Origin: Octopus sinensis
Taxonomy: Eukaryota
DNA length: 64,000 bases
Assembly (NCBI RefSeq): GCF_006345805.1
Contig: NC_043001.1
Location: 105,028,001-105,092,000 of the forward strand
Direction: 5' to 3'
Under the pieces are notes generated by a model. The model made no database searches, had not been told where the DNA came from, and saw only the letters and a program-made list of their open reading frames with translations. The position numbers and the translations under genes are program-made. Position 1 is the first letter of the stretch. Each line of letters begins with the position of its first letter. Positions 1 to 13,473 of the stretch are shown here, piece by piece.

Positions 1-425
1 GTAATAAAACCATATATGTAGCAATTAATACACAAGATATAATTATATAACTATAATTATAATAAGGACACTAATGAGTAGTGCCACATGCTACAAATCG
101 ACGCGGAATTGTCGTAAGAACAATATTTTCACCACATTGGCTCGAGCTGAAAGCGAGGGAAGTGAATAAAAAAGATTTTTTAAACAGGGTTTAACCATAG
201 ATCGATTTTTAGTTTAGAGATGTAAATCCCTTTATTGTCATCAGTATACTGTAATTCATTATATATGATTATAAACATTTCTTCATACCCATACGAATAT
301 CCTGCATCCACAAGCGCATATAAAAATGTTCATATTTATATACAAGTAAAGGCAACTTCATAAAATCTTATAAAGAATTTATCCTTAATTATAATTAAAT
401 ATAATATCAACCACTTCGACAAATA

Positions 426-1641
426 TTCGGTTGGCAACTAAGTTCTCGCCGTTTTCTTAAATTTAAATTTTTTTAAGGGTTTAATAAAAAAAATAACAAC
501 TAATTAATCAATAATGTATTCACCCTTGTTTACAACTTCTTCCCAACGTTCAACAAGATTTCAATACATCGTTGGTAGAAATCACCCGATTTCGACTCGA
601 AAAATGGATCCAACCAAGCTCTCATTCTGCATCAGTATTGATCGAAACTTGGCGCATAGCATTTGAATGGTTTCCTTGGTCATATTGGCGATATGAGGGC
701 GGGCGTTGTCGTGCAGCAGAAGAACTCCATGTTGGCGATTAGGTCTTTTCTCTTAGATAGTCGTGTTAAGTCGTTGCATCTGTTGAACATAGGGTTCCGC
801 GTTGACCGTTTGGTTCCGTTCAACCAATTCGTAATGGAAAATCCCTTCCCAGTCCCACGATACGCACAACATCGTTTTACGCGGATGAAGATCTTGTTTC
901 ACATGCGGCGTCGCTTGTTTACCGGGGCTAAGCCATTCCTTACACTTCTTCATATTGAAGTACAGGCACCATTTTTCATCATCGGTAATGATTCGGTAAA
1001 GAAATCGTTGCTTGTGTCCATCAGTTGAGCGGTGACGAGCAAGCAAACCAGCGGAGATTGTGACTCGTTGATTTTTGTTGTTGTCACTTAAAGCATGCAG
1101 AACCCATGCTCCATACTTCTGAACTTTTCCCATCGAGTGAAGATGCTTCTCTATAGCAGTGTGGGAGCATTCCATTTTCTCTGCCAGTTCCCATTTCGTT
1201 TGACGAGAATTTTCGTGCAAAAGTTGGTTGAATCGCTCTTCACCGAACTCAACTGGATGGCCGGTACAAGGTGCGTCTTTGAGGTCAAAATTTCCATTGT
1301 TGAACTTGGCATACCAATCACGAGCGGTTCTTTCAGCTATGGCACTCTCTCTATACAGAGCACAAATGTCACGTCAGCTTTTGCGGCCTTAGAACCTTGA
1401 TTAAAAGCAAAAAGGAGGTGTCGAAATTGCCTGTTTTTCTTAAGTTGACATTCTATCTTAATGATTTGAAATAAACAAAAAATAACTAAAACTAACTAGA
1501 CAAAAAAAAACAAACAAAACAAAATACATTCCAAAATGATTCAAAAATAGAATTCTCGAAAAAAATAGATTCCAAAATTTAAAAAAGGCAATACATTCCA
1601 AAATAAAAAAAAAAACAGCGGGAACTTAGTTGCCAACACAA
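426..1641 (-). mobile_element. Degenerate mariner DNA transposon
   Basis: Imperfect ~30-bp TIRs (TTCGGTTGGCAACTAAGTTCTCGCCG.. / ..CAGCGGGAACTTAGTTGCCAACACAA), TA at 424-425 and 1642-1643; minus-strand transposase remnant. Confidence 0.92.
753..1220 (-). pseudogene. Mariner transposase fragment
   Basis: Motifs GAWVLHAL, IITDDEKW, LHPRKTMLCVSWD; after a stop it continues to HDNARPH; the YSPDLAPSD segment is deleted. Confidence 0.9.
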
Positions 1642-2121
1642 TATATTCACTCCGGTATTATTTCATGGTCGTATACGCTCGTGGCTGAGGTGAACGAATT
1701 AGATTTTGCTTGTATATAAATATCTTCAACTTAATTTGCGTACTTGTTTTTTCCTTGCATCACCACGTCGGAACATGACCCCCCCACACACACGTATGTA
1801 TGTATGGATGGTGCAAACAGGAAACTAGAACTCAGAACATGGCGATATGCAGGTCTTTTATCAATAATAAACAAGAGTTACAAAGTGACTGATAGAAAGA
1901 GCGTTCCGTGCGTTAGAAACTATCAAACAAGTTTCAAATCAACGGGTCATAAGTTTCTATGCAGGTGATAAGTGGTCTTTTCTTGGACTGTTCTGGAAGA
2001 AATCATTAAAAAAATTGCACTGTCACTTGGATAATTCATATTTTTCGAATGGGTTGTCTATTAGGTTATTCAATAAATGAAAAAAACGTAAATAGTGAAA
2101 ATTTAAGATATACGTATGCCT

Positions 2122-2575
<454 letters not shown>

Positions 2576-3344
2576 TTGGCTATGTTTCAGCATGTGTATG
2601 GGCGTGTTTGAAATACAGAACTGTGTCTATCTACATAACTATCTATCTATAAACATGTATACATATGTGCACATATGTATACATGAACACGCGCGCACCC
2701 ACACACATGTATATACCCATATATAAATAAATAAATATATAAAAATATGTATGTATGTATGTATGTATGTAGGCATATACGTATATGTATAAGTCTGCAT
2801 GTGTGTAGTTATTTATATATATATATACATGATTGTGTATACGCTGCATGATACATCAACGCTAATTCATCTTCTCTGATTGTAGTATCTTCTCGGATTT
2901 TTCTTTTCATCTTCAAATTCTCACCTCCTTTCCACCTCATATTCCAATTTTAACATCGACAACTTTTTTCAACACTTTTCCTTTTGTTTCACAGCTGCAT
3001 GCCTGAAAACTAGCTTTTCCACTTCTATATGCTTTTGTTTATGCAATTTTGCACGCGTAAATAAAACCTTCCATCTTGCTCTCACCGTCCTGCAGCTCTT
3101 CTTCGACACACACACACACGCATAGAGGTTATCACAGCCTCATCTTACACTTCTATATACTCAGCTGAAGATTACACATACACCAACTTATCCTCATATC
3201 TTACCAACACTGCCTTACTTCCACATTCGCACGCACACATCCACCGCACGAACGCACACGCCCACGTTCGCGCTATTCTCCTCATGACGGCTTCCATCCA
3301 CAAGCCTAAGCTTTTTATCCACATGGAAACGTTTTTCATCACTT

Positions 3345-3724
3345 ATTCTTTTATTCTTTTATTATTTTACTTGTTTCAGTCATTTGACTGCAGCCATGCT
3401 AGAGCACCGCTTTTAGTCGAGCAAATCAATCCCAGGATTTATTCTTTGTAAGCCTAGTACTTATTCTATCGGTCTCTTTTGCAAGCCTGCTAAGTTACGA
3501 GGAAGTAAATGCACCAGCACCGGTTCTCAAGGGATGTTTGGGGGTAACACATGCATATACGATGAGTTTATTTCAGTTTCCGTCTAGCGAATCCACTCAC
3601 AAGGCTTTGGTCGGCTTGAGGCTATAGTAGAAGACAATTGCTCAAGGTGTCATGCAATGGGACTGATCCCGGAACCATGTGGTTGGGTAGCAAACTACTT
3701 ACCACAGTGCTACTCCTGCGCCTA
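3345..3724 (-). mobile_element. tRNA-derived SINE family A (CORE-like, octopus OR-type), full length
   Basis: Head with A/B-box-like motifs, CCTTGAGCAA core, 3' GGTGCTCTAGCATGGCTGCAGTCAAATGACTGAAACAAGTAAAA tail; many homologs in window. Confidence 0.9.
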
Positions 3725-4064
3725 TGTGAAATTATTTCTATTCTTAACCGTTAAATGCTTTTCTCTTCCGCCCAAAAGCTTATTCCTTGCTTTTTGGTTT
3801 TGATGAAGGACGAACTTCAGAAGCGTTAAAAAAATACAGTTGTGTAACTTATGATATGCATCACGGTACTAGCCTTCATATTCATTTATTACCAGCTTAG
3901 CACTAAAATTAACTAGGAAAGGGAACCATGTGCGCCTGCACTAAAGAGCAGTCCGCGATCCACGAAACATTCCTTCAGGAGTCTCCACATACATTTTTAC
4001 TGTGCGCATCAATATTAAAGAAAACAGTATTTATGTGTGTATGTATATATGTATATATGTAAAT

Positions 4065-4225
4065 GGCAGGCTTCCTTCAGTTTCCGTCAACGAAATCCAC
4101 AGTTAAGGCTTTGGTCGACCCGGGCATGTAGTAGAAGACAGCTGCCCAAATTTCCCCACAGTGGCATCACATGTGGAGCTATATGGTTGGGATGTAAACT
4201 TCTTACCACACAGCCCCATTCCTGC
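4065..4225 (-). mobile_element. SINE family A, 5' half
   Basis: Homology to other family A heads. Confidence 0.8.
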
Positions 4226-4273
4226 TCGCGTGCACACACACACACGCCTGCAAATACACACACACGCCTGCAA

Positions 4274-4329
<56 letters not shown>

Positions 4330-4915
4330 GTTTATGTATGTATTTATTTACGCAGTTATCTCCCTTTCTTTCCTTGGAAATATATACATACATATTTTAT
4401 GTATGTATAGACATATGTATATATGTGTGCGTATGAATACAGACACACATATATATACACTCACACACACACACACACACACACCTAAACACACATATAG
4501 TTGCATAAATATGATTTGCGTTGTTTACGAAAGGAAAATTAAAATACAAATAATTGAAAGACATGAATATCCAGCTCTACCCGTGCATTTACATCTACAA
4601 ACACACACAATGCAACACGCATATGCGTTTTTTCATATGTTCATAAACACGTACACGTCCTTATACATACACACATACACGAATAAATCTATATTAATAT
4701 ATAAATATTTTATGAACGTTTATGGAAAATCGCAGGCAACGTATGTTTAGACATTTTGTGTGCATTGTGGCAGAATAGAGGAGAATAATGAAAATGAGTG
4801 AGAATAATGAAATATAAAATAGTTGAGAATGTATATAAATTAATATCTATGTTGCATATTTAGACTTTGAGTTTGTGTTGCAATGAATTACATGTCTATA
4901 GTTATGGAATAAAGT

Positions 4916-5234
4916 GAGGGCGCGTGGCTTAGTGGTTAGGGCATTCGGCTCATGATCGTAAGGTTGTGAGTTCGATTCCCGGCGACGCGTTGTGTCCTTG
5001 AGCAAGACACTTTATCTCACGTTGCTCCAGTCCACTCAGCTGGCAAAAATGAGTTGTACTTGTATTTCAAAGGGTCAGCCTTGTCACTCTCTGTGTCACG
5101 CTGATTATCCCCGAGAACTACGTTAAGGGTACACGTGTCTGTGGAATGCTCAGCCATTTGCACGTTAATTTCACGAGCAAGCTGTTCCGTTGATCGTATC
5201 AGCTGGGACCCTCGTCGTCGTAACCGGCGGAGTC
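4916..5234 (+). mobile_element. tRNA-derived SINE family B
   Basis: A box TGGCTTAGTGG, B box GTTCGATTC, followed by GTGTCCTTGAGCAAGACACTT central domain; homologous body at 14120-14270. Confidence 0.85.
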
Positions 5235-6857
5235 TTTCTCCTCCTATGGAATAAAACATTCTGGATGGACTGAAGGAATTAGCCGTTGTAGGATGAAATC
5301 TAGAAATTCTAAAGTATAAAGGATTGATAAAACGTTTAGAATTCATAGAGGGCCGACATATTGTTATTCATGTTCTTAATGGGAATTGAGTTTAAGGAAT
5401 GTCATAATTGACAAATAGATGGCGGTTGCGTCTAATGGAAGAAAGTTGTGTTGTAAGAATGCCGGCTTGATGGTTAAATAGTTATTGCTTCGTGTAGAGA
5501 CTGGAATTGATTGAAAATGGGGGATTAATGAAAGATAACTGTAGTAAAGGAGATATTTATTCAATGAAAATGATAGTCGGTCACCATACATTCATGAATC
5601 TCTGAGTTGATCTCAAAGCTTTGTATAATCAAAGAATTTGTAAATTTTCCCATGCAATGTCTTCAAACCGGACGTTGTCCCTCCTGTTGATATCTTTAGT
5701 CACTGGATCCTATAAAGGGCGCTGATGAGGTAGCGAACCACGAAACGGGGTTGGGATTTCTCACTTCCAGTTATGGCTTAAAGGGTCTCTATTCTCACAT
5801 AAGTCGAAAACGAACTCATTCTGTTTTTGCCGAAGAATAGAACTTTGTATATGTACTGAATGCTTTTGTGGTTGTTGACGATGTATTCCTTATGTCTTTG
5901 GTATTCAGATTCCTCTGTCAAACGTAATGCCTGGATTTATTCCTGCATTATCTCACAGCCATACGATTTCTGTGATATGACTCTTTGCTTTAGGAATGGC
6001 ATTGTACGATAGATGTAAGGGAGGCTGGATATGGTTGGTTTGATTACAAAGGAGGGAGGATATCTAGGGTGGATATGGCCGGCTTGAATGATAAAGGTTG
6101 AGTCGAAACTGATTGTACAGAGCTGCGATCATAGGTATTCCAGCCGTGACGTTGCCACCGTTACTGCCATTTGAAAACTGAATAAATATACAAACTAAAA
6201 TTTGATACAAGAAATACACAAACTCAGTAAAGCAACAAGCATTAAAACCTCTCAGAAGGAAAATGAAATGCAACATTAAGCCATTAAACAAGGGTATTTC
6301 TTAAATATGAATCTACAAAACGCGTAGAAAAACGTCATGAGAAATAAACATTGTCATAAACAGCAATGGTAACATAGCACATTATACCAGAAAAATAAAA
6401 TTTAGAATATATATGTAACAATACCAGGCAAACCCACTCATTAGGCATTTCTTGAATGACAAACGAAAAGACATCATCCACAACACTGAAAGTTTTATGA
6501 ACAGTCACCTAGTTAACAAATACCTGATTAACAATCGCCTGATTAACCAGCGGACTAATCAAAATGAAAGCTATACATTTAAATAAACTAATTAACGTCC
6601 ATTCTTTCAGCTTCGATGACAATGACAAGGGAAAATTTTGGTATCATGACACATACGTTGTATCAACACAAAATCTTAATTCTGAGACACCTTTTCGCCA
6701 TTAACCAGAACATTACATTACAAGGCAGAAGAGAAAAGAAAGGAAGAAACGAAGAAAGTAAAACTCGAATAATTTACACAAAGAATTTACAGAGAGACAA
6801 CCATGATTCAAAGAATATCCTAACAGATTCGGAAAATTCTGGGACTTGTTTTACTTT

Positions 6858-7000
6858 TGTATGTATGTATGTATGTATGTATGTATGTATGTATGTATGT
6901 ATGTATGTATGTATGTATGTATGTATGCATGCATGTATGCATGTATGTATGTATGTATGTATGTAAGTATGTATGTATGTATGTATGTATGTATGTATGT
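6858..7000. repeat. (TATG)n microsatellite
   Basis: Direct reading. Confidence 0.95.
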
Positions 7001-7629
7001 ATATGTGTGCGCATGTACGTATACGTATATACTAAGGATCTCCCTTATTCTCTCTCCGACGATGGAACTGATGGCCACTAAAACTCTCTCGTAAGGATCT
7101 GCTTCATTCTCTCTCTGTTAAGTGAATAGACGAAAACTATATGGATTGCTGCTGTTCGTTTTCAGAGAATTGCACCACCTGCGCACCTATTCCTGAACCA
7201 GCTGTAAATGACAATCGGCGCAGCTAACTTCGTTTTTTCTTCTTCTTATGATAAATATTCTTGTAACAATTCAACCATTATGCTCAAATATATAAATGTT
7301 ACAATCTACCCTGATTGTTTGCCTGTTTATACTTCCATTCAATTATATAGTATATTTAATCTTAATTTGTTTTTGCATATTTATTTTCATACTTACCTTC
7401 AGCAGTGATATTTGGACCTTTATTAATGAAAACGATTAAGCAAATTTTTTTTATATATTGACGAAAAAACATGGCTCTCGTGATGTCAATACATACACAC
7501 ATGCATAATACTCATACACATATAATGAACGTCATGGCTAGTCACTCAACACAAACACATTCCGCTATATGTGATATATACACACACATATAGTCTTCGC
7601 GCTAAGTTTAAAAAAAAATGGAATACATC

Positions 7630-8147
7630 AGTGTACTACTTTTGGTTGACTTTAACTTCCTCAATGTGGGATGGCCTGGGGGCCAGATGCTCCCAGGAAA
7701 GAAAGAGCACCAGCAAGCACAGGTGAAGTCCCTGCTCCAACGTACCAATGCTTCTTTCACGAAGCAAATTGTTCTGCAACCATCCACAGCAAATAATATT
7801 CTGGATTTTTGCTTCACAATCAATAAGGACATTCTCCATAATGTTAATGTGATACCGACGCTAGTCTCGGATCACAGCATAATAAAGCTGTCTATGTACC
7901 AAAAACCCCTGCAGACGTACAGGGTATGGATGTAGGTGTCTTCAAAACAAAACCTCCTGTCAAGTGTTCCAGATAAGCCTACCTCACGGCAGGAAACACC
8001 GATGAGGGCAGCGGCATCGAACTCTCTCATTCACCAAATGCTACATAAGGGAGGAGGTTTCAAATCATGGCGTAGCACATCAAACGTTGGAGTCCCAGCA
8101 TGGCTGCAGCTTTGAAGCTGAAACAATTTAAAGATTAAAGATTAAAG
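7630..8147 (+). mobile_element. CR1/L2-like LINE, internally deleted (APE C-terminus joined to 3' end)
   Basis: DFNF, NNILDFCFT and SDH apurinic-endonuclease motifs, then VFKTK..VPDKP..SNSLIHQ-like C-terminus and (AAGATT)n tail. Confidence 0.75.
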
Positions 8148-9203
8148 ATATATATACACACACACACATATATGTATACACGTACATATATATATGTATA
8201 TATATATATGTATAATTATATATATATATACACATACATGAATATATATATACACACACATATATATATGTATATATATATCTATACACACACACACACA
8301 TATATATGCATGCACAGACAACCACATATTGTATATACACTATACTTTATACCTTAGATGCTTCGCTACACCCGGTTGCAAGCCTACTCGAATGATCTTC
8401 CTGTATGTATGGGTGCTTCTCCGTGCACAGTTGTTTGGTTATGAATGTTTTGTTTGTTATTGCTCGTCTGCGTGCATATCATTTATTCGTGTTGAGTTCG
8501 TTCAAAAATCAATAGCAGAAACGTAGGCGAGTAATATACAGACCAGCGTAAATGATGCACTCAACGAATCCAAAATGTTTAACAAAGCATTTATCAGATA
8601 CACCAAATCATTGCATATTAAAGATTCTCATCGCTGTCCGAAAATAAACTTTCTCTCTTTGATCTGACGATAATGGATTGTAAAAACTCCATTTGAACTT
8701 GATTTTATTGGTATGTTTTTCAATCTAAATGTATGTGTTGTTTGATAAAAATGTATTTTGATAAAATAAGAAATCTCTTATCAGATTGGTGTTCACAAAC
8801 GGTTTAATTGATTCCGAATATTTTTAGTGGAGGTTCTCCATCAGTGTTGTCTTGGAGTGTTTGAGATTATTCGTTTCTCTAATTGGAAATAGTGCATGTG
8901 GCTTAGAATCTTGGCCGCCAACACTTTCTTCTGAAAAATAGGGGTAGTTTATCATGTTCAGGCTATATTAACAGCATTATCCTGCATTTGATAATTAAAA
9001 AATAATCACTTCTTTAACTTGCTAAGACATCTCAACACTTCTAAAGCAACTTCGTTTGTTTGTTTAATTTCATCGTAATTTGAATTTATCCGAAAATTTA
9101 TTTTATTCATTTACTGCAGTGTATTTGACTTTGTATACATAAAATATTTCAAAAACGAAAAGCAAATATAAACAAGAAGTATATTTAATGATGAGTTTAT
9201 CAA

Positions 9204-9630
9204 TCTTTTATCTTTTATCTTTTGCTGGTTTCAGTCATTAGACTGTGGCCATGCTAGGGCACCGTCTAGTAGAAGTTTTAGTCGAATGTACTTTTTCTAA
9301 ACCCTAGTACTTTTTAAAAATCCTGATATCATTTCTATCGGTCTCTTTTGTTGAGTTACGGGGACGTAAACACACGAACACCAGTTGTCAAGCGGTGGCG
9401 ACACATACACACACAAACACATACAAACACACACACACAAACAGACACACACACGCACACAAATACACACACACATATACAACGGGCTTCTTTCAGTTTC
9501 CGTCAGCCAGATCCACTCGCAAGGCTTTGGTCAGTCTGTGGCTATAGCAGAAAACGCTTGCCCAAATTGGAAAACAGTGGGACGGAACCCAGAGCCATGT
9601 GGTTGGGAAGCAAGCTTCTTACCAGATTAC
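9204..9630 (-). mobile_element. SINE family A, full length
   Basis: Head, core, internal (CA)n and (AAAAGAT)n tail. Confidence 0.88.
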
Positions 9631-10273
9631 CGCTGTCACCTATACTCTCCGTATCATGTATGATGCTAGGTCCACACAGAAATCAGTCAGTATCACAAAA
9701 GGTAACGGATTCCATTCTCCCTTTTTCTCTTTCTCTATATCCCAAGTACATGACACACACCTACATCTATATAGCCATGGTTACGAACTAAAAGACAGAC
9801 AGATTTAAATCCATTAAGTGCTACTGTCCTATAAACAGGACACTAAATGAGAACATTAGATAAGCTATATCACATTGTCTCAGTGTCCTGTTTATAGGAC
9901 ACCCAGTATTTCCATTTCTACTTGAGGTAAAGGAGTTTTAATAATTATTTTTTCATTTTAACGTATTTTCAATCACCTGTAAAAATTTAAAAGTAAGATT
10001 CAGTAATTTAAGTACTCTGGGACTTAATGGGTTAAGCAGAGCTCATCGGAAAGACAGCATGTCATTGATGGGGTCACGGATAGCGATAAAAGGACTTCGA
10101 CAATCAAAGCTGATCAATAGTTGAAGCGAACGATTAAGCGAAGCACTTGATTAGCTAGTTGGTTAAATAGCTCACCAGTTGACTGATAATGACTTGAAAT
10201 TATGGCACACGGTCTGCTGTTTTTGAGATGAAGAGAAATCGATTACATCGATCCCAGTACTTGTCTAGAACTT

Positions 10274-10665
10274 AGGAGTGGCTGTGTGGTAATTAGTTTG
10301 CTTATCAACCACATGTTTCCGGTTTCATTCCCACAGCGTTGCTCCTTGGGTAAGTGTCTTCTACTATGGCCTCGGGCCGATTAAAGACTGGTGAGTGGAT
10401 TTGGTAGACGGAAACTGAAAGAAGCCCGTCGTATACGTAAGTATATATATATATATATATATGTGTGAGGTATTTTTGTGTTTGTCCCCCACAATCGCTT
10501 GACAACCGATGCTGGTGTGTTTACGTCCACGTAAATTAGCAGTTCGACAAAAGAGACCGACAGGATAAGTACTAGGCTCAGAAAGAATAAGTCTTGGAGT
10601 CGATTTGTTCGACTAAGGGCGGTGCTCCAGCATGGCCGCAATGCAGTGACTGAAACAAGTAAAGG
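10274..10665 (+). mobile_element. SINE family A, full length
   Basis: AGGAGTGGCTGTGTGGT head to CCAGCATGGCCGC..TGACTGAAACAAGTAAA tail. Confidence 0.9.
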
Positions 10666-10694
10666 AGCACCGTTTACGAAATAATGAAAGGTGA

Positions 10695-10792
10695 AGTGCA
10701 TCTCGGCGGCATTTGAACTCAGAACGTAAGAACGGAGGAAGCGCAGCTGAACATTTTGTAGTGCATTCTATCCATTCTGCCAATCCACTGCT
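10695..10792 (-). mobile_element. SINE family C head fragment
   Basis: Reverse complement resembles 18722 head (GTTCTGAGTTCAAAT..CCGCCGAG). Confidence 0.6.
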
Positions 10793-11411
10793 GTTGCTAA
10801 TAGCTAATTGATTAATGATAAAGAAGTCAAATTAAGCCATTGCGTGTGTTTATTATTGGACTAATTACTCTCCCTCGAGTTACAGCGAAATGTATCTGAA
10901 CGAAACACTTCGAAAATATGAGTTATTATTAATGGCGTTACAGATCTACCATTACCAGCTAAGGAGATCTTTCATACTATATACATAACTGATATTCCTT
11001 AAATATCATATATCAATGCTTTTATTGGTTGCAGTCACGGAACGAGTTATATATGATAATTTACTTAAATGCAATTAGTTAAAATATATCTACATTAATT
11101 TCCTTTTAAATAAAAGATTGAAATGAACATATTGCGAAAGGTAGATTGGGGGGAAAAAACCCAAGAAATAATATAAAATAGAATAAAAATTTAATTGTAA
11201 ATCACTTTCATGTAATGGGAAAAATATCAATCAATTTATCTTTGGCTAAATGAACAGATGGATTAAAAAGAGTATTTAACTATTTAGATGATCTTATGTA
11301 TTTCCACTCTGAGATGCGTTATCAGTCATATATATCATAATAATGAGTAAAATAGGATGTCGGTTTGTAAGATGTGTGTGTCTCTACATGAGGTTGTAGA
11401 TGTCGGTGTTG

Positions 11412-11826
11412 GCATGAGTTCGTGCGTGTGCGGGCGCGTGTGTATGTGTGTGTTTCGAAACTAAGGACTGAAAGGTGTCTGAAGGAAATAGAAAGAGGAG
11501 ATTGAGGAGTAGCGGGAGTGAACGAAAAGCATTTATTAAAAGAGAAGGCTGTATAAATGGAAGATATTCACGGTAGAGAGATGTAGATAGATAAACAGAT
11601 AGAGAGTTAGATAGAGAGATAGAAAGATAGGTATATATATATATAAAATATTATTAGAGACAAAACCACTATATCTTCCATTTATACAGCCTTCTCTTTT
11701 AATAAATGCTTTTCGTTCACTCCCGCTACTCCTCAATCTCCTCTTTCTATTTCCTTCAGACACCTTTCAGTCCTTAGTTTCGAAACACACACATACACAC
11801 GCGCCCGCACACGCACGAATTCATGC
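11412..11826. repeat. Near-perfect 156-bp inverted repeat, 103-bp spacer
   Basis: 11412-11567 is the reverse complement of 11671-11826 with one mismatch seen. Confidence 0.92.
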
Positions 11827-11946
11827 AAAATATATAGAGACAGAGAGAGAGAGAGTAACCGAAATGGAGTACAAAAGGAAATAGAAGGAATTGTTACTGA
11901 TGCTAAGAGAAATACGAGCACAAAATGGATGCAAAATTATTTAGTC

Positions 11947-12010
<64 letters not shown>

Positions 12011-12089
12011 CATACATATTTACACACACACACACACACATATATATATGTAAGTATATATATATATATATATATATATGTAAGTATAT

Positions 12090-12164
<75 letters not shown>

Positions 12165-12456
12165 TCAGTAACAATGAAGGGTGAAATTAATTAATTTGGA
12201 ATAATTATCAATTACACCAAGTAGTCTTCGGCATGTAAAAGCCTCATTCGAGGAAAATTTAAGTAATACTAAGCAATTAAGGGTTTAGCAACGAATTGCC
12301 TTACCGCACACCGAATTTAGAAATAGCAGTCAAAGAGATTATAGCTATTTCTTCTACTAAAAGGGAGATCTCAGTAAAAACACAGCATTTGAAAGGCAAA
12401 CACAAACAGGTAAGAGAGAATGAATTGACGGCAATCTATCATACAGTTTTAAGTCA

Positions 12457-12548
12457 CCTACGGACGTACGTTTCGAAATCAAGTCTTAGGAAAGCATAAG
12501 AATTAGATAATTCTACCTTACCCAGACTTCTTCTCTCATCAGCGCAGG
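12457..12548 (-). ncRNA. Type I hammerhead ribozyme, long stem II
   Basis: CCUGCG-CUGAUGA-long stem II-GAAA-CGUACG-UC-CGUAGG; stem I pairs, palindromic stem III. Confidence 0.8.
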
Positions 12549-13130
12549 ATACAAACAATCATGAATGATTGTATATTGAATTTTGAGATACTAGAAGGCA
12601 CCAACTCAACTCAGTATCAGAGCGAGCTAGAAGCCACAACTAGTATCACCAAATTCAAAGTGTGAATGAAAGTTTGTGTCACCAGTCCCTTCCCACCCGC
12701 GTGTAGCTAAGACAAAGTGCTGTGGTCATTTACTGGGATGAAGAAATAGCTATAATCTCTTTGACTGCTATTTCTAAATTCGGTGTGCGGTAAGGCAATT
12801 CGTTGCTAAACCCTTAATTGCTTAGTATTACTTAAATTTTCCTCGAATGAGGCTTTTACATGCCGAAGACTACTTGGTGTAATTGATAATTATTCCAAAT
12901 TAATTAATTTCACCCTTCATTGTTACTGATAACCATATTCATCCCAGTAAATGACCACAGCACTTTGTCTTGGCTACACGCGGGTGGGAAGGGACTGGTG
13001 ACACAAACTTTCATTCACACTTTGAATTGGTGATACTAGTTGTGGCTTCTAGCTCGCTCTGATACTGAGTTGAGTTGGTGCCTTCTAGTATCTCAAAATT
13101 CAATATACAATCATTCATGATTGTTTGTAT

Positions 13131-13220
13131 CCTGCGCTGACGAGAGAAGAAGTCTGGGTAAGGTAGAATTATCTAATTCTTATGCTTCCTAAGACTGATT
13201 TCGAAACGTACGTCCGTAGG
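13131..13220 (+). ncRNA. Type I hammerhead ribozyme, long stem II
   Basis: CTGACGA 13137-13143, GAAA 13203-13206, GTC triplet 13212-13214, stem I CCTGCG/CGTAGG. Confidence 0.8.
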
Positions 13221-13439
13221 TGACTTAAAACTGTATGATAGATTGCCGTCAATTCATTCTCTCTTACCTGTTTGTGTTTGCCTTTCAAATGCTGTGTTTT
13301 TACTGAGATCTCCCTTTTAGTAGAAGAAATAGCTATAATCTCTTTGACTGCTATTTCTAAATTCGGTGTGCGGTAAGGCAATTCGTTGCTAAACCCTTAA
13401 TTGCTTAGTATATAATATATATATATATATATATATATC

Positions 13440-13473
<34 letters not shown>

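Larger units (their letters stand above)
12161..13411. mobile_element. ORF-less Penelope-like terminal-repeat element in inverted plus partial-tandem arrangement within (TA)n
   Basis: 12161-12354 mirrored at 12740-12933; 12266-12742 mirrored at 12938-13411; HHR in each copy; (TA)n on both flanks. Confidence 0.8.

Noticed and set aside
663-1400. Plus-strand ORFs of 121 and 101 aa
   Set aside because: Antisense shadows of the mariner transposase
1500-1612. AAAATACATTCCAAAA-like repeats inside the mariner end
   Set aside because: Short A-rich degenerate slippage repeats; nothing beyond the element
4918-4990. tRNA-Met(CAT)-like sequence
   Set aside because: T stem mispaired and it continues directly into a SINE body
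5716-5756. CTGATGA..GAAAC hammerhead-like motif
   Set aside because: Stem II offset by 2 nt, and stems I and III do not pair; at best a decayed PLE motif
12296-13381. Duplicated 67-70-aa ORF MPYRTPNLE..
   Set aside because: Antisense to the HHR strand; duplication simply reflects the inverted repeat
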